This document shows positions 56,417 to 64,000 of a DNA stretch of 64,000 bases, piece after piece (positions within the stretch are counted from its first letter, which is position 1; every line of letters begins with the position of its first letter). Below the pieces are notes generated by a model. That model searched no databases. It saw only the letters and a program-made list of their open reading frames with translations, and was not told the origin of the DNA. Origin of the DNA: a virus (taxonomy: Duplodnaviria > Caudoviricetes); IMG/VR virus record IMGVR_UViG_2871841451_000001, positions 2,813 to 66,812 of that record; one strand, written 5' to 3'. Made by a program: the position numbers and the translations under genes.

Positions 56417-56884
56417 GTGGCAATACCTTATCCCGACTGGCTATCACTTCCCCAGAAGGCTAACAAGAGCCGCACGATTGATGCTGGGTTCCGCACCGAT
56501 CAGCCGGCAGTGGGTGCGCCTATCTTTCAGCGCCTGACAGATGACCTCAAAACTACCTGGTCGCTGACGTGGATTTTCACGCTGCAAGAGGATCGGGCAT
56601 TCGAACAGTGGTATCGCAGCCCTCGTTACCTGGATAACGGCAATCAGTGGTTCACGATGCTTTGCAATCTGGGGGGCTCTGGCCTGCAACTGCAGGAACT
56701 GCATTTCGTTGCGCAGCCGGTTCAGACGAGCATCAACGGCAACACGACCACATGGACGGCGAGCGTAATCACCCGGAAGGTCTACAACCCGGATGACGAG
56801 TTCTCAGACGTCATTGTTGAGCTGCCGCCATATCAGTGGGGGATCATTGATGAAGTGGTCAACCGCGACATGCCGGAGTTTTAA
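56417..56884 (+). CDS. Distal tail protein
   Basis: Gene order after the tape measure. Confidence 0.75.
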   Translation: MAIPYPDWLSLPQKANKSRTIDAGFRTDQPAVGAPIFQRLTDDLKTTWSLTWIFTLQEDRAFEQWYRSPRYLDNGNQWFTMLCNLGGSGLQLQELHFVAQPVQTSINGNTTTWTASVITRKVYNPDDEFSDVIVELPPYQWGIIDEVVNRDMPEF

Positions 56885-57355
56885 ATGCCTACATTACGAG
56901 AATTTCAGTCACAGCGGCCTAACAGGATCATCTACGACACGATGACGTTTAGTCATCCGGCATTTGGCGTTATCCGGCTGGTAGCAAACCAGATATACCC
57001 GAAGACATTCGCCGGCCAGGTGTTTTCAGCGTGTCGAATGGAGGTCGCAGAGAGCCAGCAGAGCAGCACGCCGGTGATCAACTCAACAGTGAAATTTGGG
57101 CGCCTGGCACAGGACTTTAAGCAGCAGCTGAAGCTGTGGCGCGCGCACTCACGCATAGCGCCGATCTCTGCCACGTATCAGCGTTTCGATGCGGCGGACA
57201 TGAACACGCCGCTGAAGTCTTGGACGCTGTATGTGAAAGATGCCTCTCTCGATGAGGCTGACGTAACGTGCTCGCTCACGCTGCAGAACCCGCTAAACAA
57301 CAACATCGGCTTTCTCTACAACACCACGGAATTCCCAGGGCTCGCCAATGCATAA
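56885..57355 (+). CDS. Minor tail protein (DUF1833-like)
   Basis: Gene order; C-terminal YNTTEFPGL. Confidence 0.72.
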   Translation: MPTLREFQSQRPNRIIYDTMTFSHPAFGVIRLVANQIYPKTFAGQVFSACRMEVAESQQSSTPVINSTVKFGRLAQDFKQQLKLWRAHSRIAPISATYQRFDAADMNTPLKSWTLYVKDASLDEADVTCSLTLQNPLNNNIGFLYNTTEFPGLANA

Positions 57356-57779
57356 ACCTGACTTCATTCACGCCATGGAGGGTAAGCCATGGCGCGATCG
57401 AGCGTGCTCGTTCGACGCGGCTGATTGCTGGGGGCTGGTGGTGCTGTATTACCGGCATGTGCTCGGCATAGAGATACACCAAACGCCGGACTACGAAGCC
57501 GGCAGCGACTTCCTGACGTGTTTTTCCGGTGATGTTGTGTTCTGGCATCAGGCCGAGAAAGCGGCCGACGGTAGCATTTTTATCGCGTATTACGGCGGTC
57601 AGCCAGCTCACGTCGGTTTGGTCATCGATGGGCAAGCATTTCACAGCCGCGGCGAAGCGGGGCATGTGCGCTTTGACAAGCTGCGGACGCTGGAGCGAGT
57701 TTTCACCAAATTGGAGTTTTACGACTATGCCGTTGATCGAAGTACAGCGCGTGCCGGGGTTGCCGAAAGAACGGCATAA
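57348..57779 (+). CDS. NlpC/P60 tail assembly protein
   Basis: DCWGLV and HVGL catalytic motifs. Confidence 0.85.
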   Translation: MHKPDFIHAMEGKPWRDRACSFDAADCWGLVVLYYRHVLGIEIHQTPDYEAGSDFLTCFSGDVVFWHQAEKAADGSIFIAYYGGQPAHVGLVIDGQAFHSRGEAGHVRFDKLRTLERVFTKLEFYDYAVDRSTARAGVAERTA

Positions 57780-60219
57780 TCTTCCCGCCGGCAGCATGTT
57801 CTATCCCTGGCTTAAATCGGCCAACCTTCACTGTGATGTTGAAATTCTGCGTAACGGCGTAAAGCTGCAGCCCGATGATGAGTTGAATTTCCCGCTCAAC
57901 GATGGCGACGTGATCAGCGTGTTCGACCAGCCGAAAAGCGGCACCATTGGCAAAGTGCTAAGTCCTATTTTCGCTCCGATCAAGTTTGTCCAAAAAATCC
58001 TGACGTCATTGCTCGGCCAGCCAAGCGCGGGCGTGGCGACAAGCAGCAACGCAAAGACATCCCCGAATAACAGCCTGAAAGGGCAAACCAACATTGCGCG
58101 AAACGGTGAGGCAAAGCCTGACAACTACGGCCAGGTGCGCGCGTACCCTGACCTGATTCAGGAGTCGCTGTTCGAGTACGACAACAACATCAAGAAAGTC
58201 ACAGAGTGGATGAACTTCGGGCTGGGCCGGTATGACGTCACGTCAGTAAGGTACTCAGAATCGAACCTCGGCGCGCTGGCTGGCGCCTCATACCGCATCT
58301 ACCAGCCAGGCGATAACATCCCGCTGATCAACGAGGGGTTCGCTTTTGACGACATAGACGGCCAGGAGCTGCCGGGGCCGAACGAGAGCGGAGATTTTCC
58401 AGCAGAAACGGCGACGACAACTACCGATATGGTGTCTGGGGAGTTCATCGCTGGACAGGCAAAGGTGAAAATCAAGCAGAACAGCGATTTCGATTACTTC
58501 TATGACCTGTCTAAGCCTCATTCCGTGTCTTTCGTGGTCAATGTCACATACAACACAGTATCAGGGCCAGTAACACGCGATATCACGGTATTTGCCGATC
58601 TCTTCAGTGCTACGACAACCGATGATGGCGCCCCAGTAAATCCGCAGTATTTTTACGAATTCACCTTCATAAACTTGGGTGGCAATGATATTGGGCAGAT
58701 ACCTGATGATGCGGTGGTCAACACGTCGATATTCACGCTAAACGACAATGAACCGCTGGTTATAGGCCCGTCATTCTCTCCGGTTGAGGGGACTCAGTTA
58801 TGGATCCATCTGCAGGCTCAACTGGGGCATGGTGACTATGCGCGCACAACGGTTACCTGGTGGAAGATTGACGATGACAACAACCAGATCCCAGGAACTA
58901 CAGAGTTTCTAAACATCGGTCTTAACAACGATGACGAGAATGCAGATACCAAGTATGGGACAACCAAAATTACGCCGGCAGCCGGTTATGGTCGTTATGC
59001 GCTTCAGTTTGTCAGAACAAACAACAGTAACGATCACTCGATCCTGAAAGTAGAAGCTGTTCACATCGTCAGGACGCGCACCAACGTTGTTTACCCGAAT
59101 GACACACTCGTAACCGTCACTGTCACTGCGACAGAACGCGCGACCAGTGCAAGGGAGCGAAAATATAACGCTCTAATCACGCGCCATGTCATCAGCTACA
59201 ACCTGGCTACACAGACAGTCGATTATACAGAAAGGCCGTCACGCTCGTTTGCAGACGCTGTATTGCATACCTGGCTAAAGATGGGCGGTCAGCCAGAGTC
59301 GAGCATCGACATCTACGAGCTTTACTCAATTGCGGCATCGTTGCCGGATCAGCGCCTAGGTTATTTCGATTACACGTTCGATGATGAAGATATCTCTCTG
59401 GGTTCCAGGGTGCAGACGATTTGTGATGCGGCCACAGTAACGGCGTTCTGGGATGGTGGGGTGTTGTCTTTCACGCGCGATGAAAGGAAGCCAAGCGCAA
59501 CGACGGTATTCAACCGCGCCAACATGAAAGCGGAGGATTACAGCCTTTCCTACGACATGACTCTCCCCGGTGGTTTTGATGGGGTAGAGGTCAAGTATCG
59601 AAACCCGGTCACGAATAAACAGGCATTCATCCGCTACAGGATCGTCGGCAATTCGATAGAAGAGGGCGAACCGGTAAAGGCGAAGAAGTTTGACATGCTG
59701 TTTATCCGCAATTCTTTCCAGGCACGGGATCGAGCGTTGAAAGAAGTTCGCCGGCTGCTGTATTCACGCCAAACGATGACTATCCGCGCGCTGGCCGATG
59801 GTGAATGGGTGAACGTCGGGCAGATGGTGCAGGTGGCTGATATATACGACGCGATCCAGCAGGATGGGTATATCGTCGCGCGCAACGGAAACAATTTCGA
59901 TACCAGCGAACGGATCGAGTGGTCTGGGGATATGTTTGTGGTCGTTACTGATGCAATCGGTGCGCCTACAGCACGCGTCCAGGCATTTCCTCGCACAGAT
60001 ACAATATTTGGCTTCACTGCAGCAGTACCAGCAATAACCCTCAACCTCTATGACGGCTACAACACCCAGTCGCCGTCTCGTTACGTCATCGCCTCTCAGG
60101 TGGAGATGGATGCGACGAAATGGACTATTACAGAAAAGAAACCTAATGGCGACGGGACTACCTCGTTAACCATGTCTGAATACAACGATGAAATGTATAA
60201 TTACGAGGTTACAGCGTAA
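57727..60219 (+). CDS. Tail tip / host specificity protein (J-like hub)
   Basis: PDNYGQVRAYPDL; start reassigned to ATG 57727. Confidence 0.85.
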   Translation: MPLIEVQRVPGLPKERHNLPAGSMFYPWLKSANLHCDVEILRNGVKLQPDDELNFPLNDGDVISVFDQPKSGTIGKVLSPIFAPIKFVQKILTSLLGQPSAGVATSSNAKTSPNNSLKGQTNIARNGEAKPDNYGQVRAYPDLIQESLFEYDNNIKKVTEWMNFGLGRYDVTSVRYSESNLGALAGASYRIYQPGDNIPLINEGFAFDDIDGQELPGPNESGDFPAETATTTTDMVSGEFIAGQAKVKIKQNSDFDYFYDLSKPHSVSFVVNVTYNTVSGPVTRDITVFADLFSATTTDDGAPVNPQYFYEFTFINLGGNDIGQIPDDAVVNTSIFTLNDNEPLVIGPSFSPVEGTQLWIHLQAQLGHGDYARTTVTWWKIDDDNNQIPGTTEFLNIGLNNDDENADTKYGTTKITPAAGYGRYALQFVRTNNSNDHSILKVEAVHIVRTRTNVVYPNDTLVTVTVTATERATSARERKYNALITRHVISYNLATQTVDYTERPSRSFADAVLHTWLKMGGQPESSIDIYELYSIAASLPDQRLGYFDYTFDDEDISLGSRVQTICDAATVTAFWDGGVLSFTRDERKPSATTVFNRANMKAEDYSLSYDMTLPGGFDGVEVKYRNPVTNKQAFIRYRIVGNSIEEGEPVKAKKFDMLFIRNSFQARDRALKEVRRLLYSRQTMTIRALADGEWVNVGQMVQVADIYDAIQQDGYIVARNGNNFDTSERIEWSGDMFVVVTDAIGAPTARVQAFPRTDTIFGFTAAVPAITLNLYDGYNTQSPSRYVIASQVEMDATKWTITEKKPNGDGTTSLTMSEYNDEMYNYEVTA

Positions 60220-62526
60220 ATGACCACACCAACCAGCAAACCCATTCCTAGTAATGACGTAATTGATTTAAAGTTTAACGCGGAAAAAATAGACGAGGTG
60301 GTTAATTCCAATGCTGAGGAATACCTGGATAGGTTTGGGGTGGAAAGATACACCTTAGAAGGCATTAGGAAAAATCTCTCTCCATTAGGAAAAACATACA
60401 CTCAAGAGCAGGCTGCCGCTGCTATTGCATCTGGAGAAATACCGGATGGCGCGTTCTTCTTTATCTGGTCTGATGATGAGGGCGCTGTAGCTGAAAAATA
60501 TCAAAACGTTGGCGGTGTAATTGCACCAACGGGTGTGAAAATATCAAGTGAGCAATTCGTGCAAATGGTTTACCAACAGGCGTTGGCAAACCTGGCCGAT
60601 ATTTCGCAACTTAAAAACATCACATCGATGCTTAAAAACTACACCTCTAAAGGGTGGCAGTTTTCGTTGGAGTCGAAAAACGGTCCATCTGAAACACTTC
60701 TTGGTGTAGATGATAATGGCGAGTTGTGGCTCGCAGGCCTTGTTCGTGGGATACAGGAATATGTTGAGCAGTTAATTCCGACATCATTAGCGAACAGATA
60801 TAAAGGGCTTCAATGGGCGCTGGTGGATAAATCAGGAAAGCTCGGGCTTATCACAATTGACGATGATGGTGCTATGAACATTGTCGGGATGGACGATGCA
60901 CTTCAGGATCGTGTTTCCTCGCTTTGTTCATCAACATTTTCACGTCGTATTGTTGGATTTCAATATGTGGTTTTGGCAGAGGATTTAAAGTCGGCACTGC
61001 TCGCTATTGATGATGATGGCGGTTTCTATATTCCAGGTATTGAAGGCCCGCTTCAAGATAATCTGGGTGAGTCCCTTGCAACGATAAAAACCGAGAACGG
61101 AGTGCCGGCGGCGGCATGGCGAGGAAATGTTGTGTGGTCTGAGAGGCCAGTACTCACCGCCCAAAAACTGACATCGACCGGATTTATTTTCAGTTATGTG
61201 CCTGGAGGTGAAGCAACTGCAGGGAGTGGGGTTAAGTACGAGCCATCAATTCGAGAAATGCCTATCGATGCAAACGAGGTGCATGGCGGTGGTTCGGGTG
61301 GCCAGTCACTGAACACGCCAAAAGATGGCGCCGGCATTAATATTGTCAATCGCGATCCTGCTTTTCGTGGTCGAGTACTCGCGGGTGCAAATGGAAGGCC
61401 GGAAGGCGGCGGCATGGATCCTGTAAGCGAGTCAGACCTGTCTACGCTTAACGATGCACAGTATCCGGCGGCAGGATGGCGCCAGGGTAACGTGTTGCCG
61501 ATGTATTATGCGATTCTCCATCAGAATCCTGGCAACCAGGTCTTTATTCATGCCCCATTTGCGGCAGGCGGCCGCTCTTTTGCTGAGATAAGCAAAGGGA
61601 CAATCCCTTATCAAAACTCGCTGGACTTCGTGCAGCTTGGGAAAAATGCAGCCGACGGAGTAGGGAAGCGCTACACGTTCAAATTCATGACGTTTGAGCA
61701 TGGAGAAACGGATAACGACAACGGCAGCTCCCAGAATCCTGGTGACTATCTCGCGAAAATGACGCCTTATTTCTCGGGCATGCAAGTTGACTTCAAAGCG
61801 ATTACCGGCCAGACCGAGAATTTCGCAGAGGTCGTGGGGCAGGTCGGCAGTCGCATCAATACCAAAAATCAGCAGGTAGACGATCAAGGCAACCCAATCG
61901 GCGAGCCTGTGGTTGTACAGCCGTACTCTGTCACCGCCACAGACCAGTTAACTTATGTGCGTCAGAACGCGGCCAAGTCCATCATGTACGGCCCCAAATA
62001 CCCGCTTAACTGGCTCTATAACGATGCAACGCTGAGCCATCTGAATGCCGCCGGCAAAGTGCTGCAAGGCGAATATGCCGCACAGGCTATCTACTGGCAT
62101 CTGTATGACCCAGTGAAAAAAGGCACCTGGACGGGGCTCAAAGCTCGCTCATTATCAGTGAATGGTAGCACTATCGACATCGTGTTCGATGTCCCATACC
62201 CACCGCTGGTAGTTGATACAACAACAATTGCTGATTGCCCTGGGCAAGGCTTCTCGTTGCAAGATGCCTCTGCTGAAGTTCAGTCTGTAGTAGTTATCGC
62301 ACCAAACACTATCCGGCTTAATCTCAATCAGTCCCCAGCAGTTACAGATCACTTATTGATTGGATTCACTAACACTGTTCCAGCAACCCAGGACTTTGTC
62401 TATCCACTGGTTTGCCTGCGTGATAGCTCAACTCAAACATCACGCTGGGTCACTAAGAACAACCAACCCTTTCCGCTATATAACTGGGCATGTCTCGATC
62501 GCCTACCACTGAATGGAGCATTTTAA
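60220..62526 (+). CDS. Tail spike with SGNH-esterase-like C-terminal domain
   Basis: DLKFNAEKIDEVVNS anchor; three ~50-aa repeats; GQSL, HGETD and SHL blocks. Confidence 0.75.
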   Translation: MTTPTSKPIPSNDVIDLKFNAEKIDEVVNSNAEEYLDRFGVERYTLEGIRKNLSPLGKTYTQEQAAAAIASGEIPDGAFFFIWSDDEGAVAEKYQNVGGVIAPTGVKISSEQFVQMVYQQALANLADISQLKNITSMLKNYTSKGWQFSLESKNGPSETLLGVDDNGELWLAGLVRGIQEYVEQLIPTSLANRYKGLQWALVDKSGKLGLITIDDDGAMNIVGMDDALQDRVSSLCSSTFSRRIVGFQYVVLAEDLKSALLAIDDDGGFYIPGIEGPLQDNLGESLATIKTENGVPAAAWRGNVVWSERPVLTAQKLTSTGFIFSYVPGGEATAGSGVKYEPSIREMPIDANEVHGGGSGGQSLNTPKDGAGINIVNRDPAFRGRVLAGANGRPEGGGMDPVSESDLSTLNDAQYPAAGWRQGNVLPMYYAILHQNPGNQVFIHAPFAAGGRSFAEISKGTIPYQNSLDFVQLGKNAADGVGKRYTFKFMTFEHGETDNDNGSSQNPGDYLAKMTPYFSGMQVDFKAITGQTENFAEVVGQVGSRINTKNQQVDDQGNPIGEPVVVQPYSVTATDQLTYVRQNAAKSIMYGPKYPLNWLYNDATLSHLNAAGKVLQGEYAAQAIYWHLYDPVKKGTWTGLKARSLSVNGSTIDIVFDVPYPPLVVDTTTIADCPGQGFSLQDASAEVQSVVVIAPNTIRLNLNQSPAVTDHLLIGFTNTVPATQDFVYPLVCLRDSSTQTSRWVTKNNQPFPLYNWACLDRLPLNGAF

Positions 62527-63432
62527 ATGACAGCAGCTATCAATACTGGCAAAGCCTATGCGGGTTTTCGTGCGGCTCTCGACTTGTCGGCATCAATCCT
62601 TGACCCACAGGCGCTCTTTAATGCCTACAAAGTGCGGGTAGTGGCAGACGGAGGCTCTATCCCGGACGAGTCTGGTTGCTTGGCGCGGTTTTCATTTTTA
62701 CTGAACAATGGAATGTATGACCGAGCGACGGTATGTGCTGCGCCGGCATTCGGACTAAAGGCGGATGGTTCAGGAAACGTCCAGACCATTTACAACCTGC
62801 TTGGTGTTGACGGTGATTTGATTGCAGGTTCCCAGGGCACTCCACCGTTGCCGATGACGTATGATGCTACCGCGCGCGCGGTTATCATTCAAATTACATC
62901 CGGCGGCGGCTGGTTCTTAAAGAGTCGCGCAAACCAGGTTATTCAAAAGGGCGGTGCGTATCTTATCGCTGGCCGCATGAGCGATCTGTACCGTGCGGAC
63001 AACAACGGTATTCAGCTTGGGTACAATATCAATAATCTGCCGCTGGCATATCTGCGGACAATGATCACGAACAACAATGCCATAACTGAATCCTGGCGAT
63101 ATGGTACGCGTGATAGTGCCTGGCCAGCTGGTACTGGCGGCGCGGTAGGTGCTGCGACATCTATCTATGCTGACTATGTGCCATCGGCAGGACTTTTCAA
63201 AGTCGCGTCTGGTGTCATTGAAGGTTATGAGAAAGGAAAGCTGTCGGTAACTTCCTCTGTGGCCGCTACAGGTAAGCTTGCCGATTTGAGCAGTTTCACT
63301 GCCCCGCTGTTGGTCGGCGGGACGCAGGGCTCCGGCAGTGTTGGCGCATGCTATGGCGCTTTCAAAGATGTGTTATTCCTGCACACTGCCGATGAGTCTG
63401 ACGCGGTATTGGCTTCTCGTCTCGGGATGTGA
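62527..63432 (+). CDS. Tail-spike-associated protein
   Basis: Abuts the spike gene; YKVRVVADGG N-terminal motif. Confidence 0.6.
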   Translation: MTAAINTGKAYAGFRAALDLSASILDPQALFNAYKVRVVADGGSIPDESGCLARFSFLLNNGMYDRATVCAAPAFGLKADGSGNVQTIYNLLGVDGDLIAGSQGTPPLPMTYDATARAVIIQITSGGGWFLKSRANQVIQKGGAYLIAGRMSDLYRADNNGIQLGYNINNLPLAYLRTMITNNNAITESWRYGTRDSAWPAGTGGAVGAATSIYADYVPSAGLFKVASGVIEGYEKGKLSVTSSVAATGKLADLSSFTAPLLVGGTQGSGSVGACYGAFKDVLFLHTADESDAVLASRLGM

Positions 63433-63544
63433 TGCGCTGCCGGGAGGGAACCCGGCCATTCATGTAAACTATCTTTCTTTACCGATCAATATCCTACCGT
63501 TCTAACAAAAATCCGAACTTTCCCCCGTCAAAATCTTGCGCATA

Positions 63545-63564
63545 TACTGTATAAAAACACAGTA
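63545..63564 (+). promoter_or_regulatory. LexA (SOS) box
   Basis: TACTGTATAAAAACACAGTA, near consensus. Confidence 0.9.
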
Positions 63565-63577
63565 ACAAGGCAACATT

Positions 63578-64000
63578 ATGACTTTCTTTTATCCAACACC
63601 AAACCCAACCAAGCTCAAAATCCCGCTGTTCGCTGACAAGGTGCCGGCGGGGTTTCCCAGTCCAGCGGCAGATTACGTCAGCTCGCGCATCGATCTGAAC
63701 GAGTATTGTATAAGCCATCCCAATGCAACCTATTTTCTGTATGCGACAGGTGATTCCATGCTTGAGGCTGGGATCACTGAGGGCTCTATGCTTGTGGTTG
63801 ACCGCAGCATCAGTCCGGCCCATGGCGATATAGTGATTGCCAGCATAGCCGGCGAGTTCACCGTGAAACGCCTCTGTTTGCATCCTCGCGCGCAACTGGA
63901 ACCCATGAACCCGAAGTATGAGCCGATCCTGCTCCATGATGGCGGTGACGATCTGGAGGTGATGGGCGTTGTTGTGTCTTCGATCACGAGGCTCAAATAA
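63578..64000 (+). CDS. umuD: UmuD (Pol V subunit, S24 peptidase)
   Basis: AGFPSPAADY, GDSM and EFTVKRL motifs. Confidence 0.93.
   Translation: MTFFYPTPNPTKLKIPLFADKVPAGFPSPAADYVSSRIDLNEYCISHPNATYFLYATGDSMLEAGITEGSMLVVDRSISPAHGDIVIASIAGEFTVKRLCLHPRAQLEPMNPKYEPILLHDGGDDLEVMGVVVSSITRLK

Larger units (their letters stand above)
23955..64000 (+). mobile_element. Lambdoid siphoviral prophage lacking visible int/xis
   Basis: pL operon, cI/cro/cII, replication, Q, lysis, head, tail, umuD. Confidence 0.9.

Overview
The whole window is enterobacterial prophage DNA with an unusual layout. One lambdoid immunity switch (cleavable cI, cro and cII at about 31.0-32.4 kb) sits in the middle. Rightwards it drives an ordinary replication / RusA / Q / lysis region, a complete siphoviral head-tail module (40.3-63.4 kb) and a LexA-boxed umuD. 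Leftwards, its pL-type early operon (DUF1391, ParB-like, Ead, methyltransferase, DUF551) does not end in xis/int. It runs directly into a second complete virion module of the epsilon15/BPP-1/SPC32H podovirus type (terS at 23.5 kb down to an endosialidase-like tailspike that runs off the left edge). No integrase, recombinase or podoviral repressor is visible, but apparent podoviral operators (ATTACC-N5-GGTAAT) and an SPC32H-type antirepressor remain. Other items: an orphan lambda cos site, a C4-like antisense RNA, a tRNA-like cloverleaf RNA, long-hairpin arrays, a G7 frameshift, holE/hot, a hicBA pair and several lipoprotein morons. All protein family calls come from recognising motifs and gene order by eye; no database searches were run.
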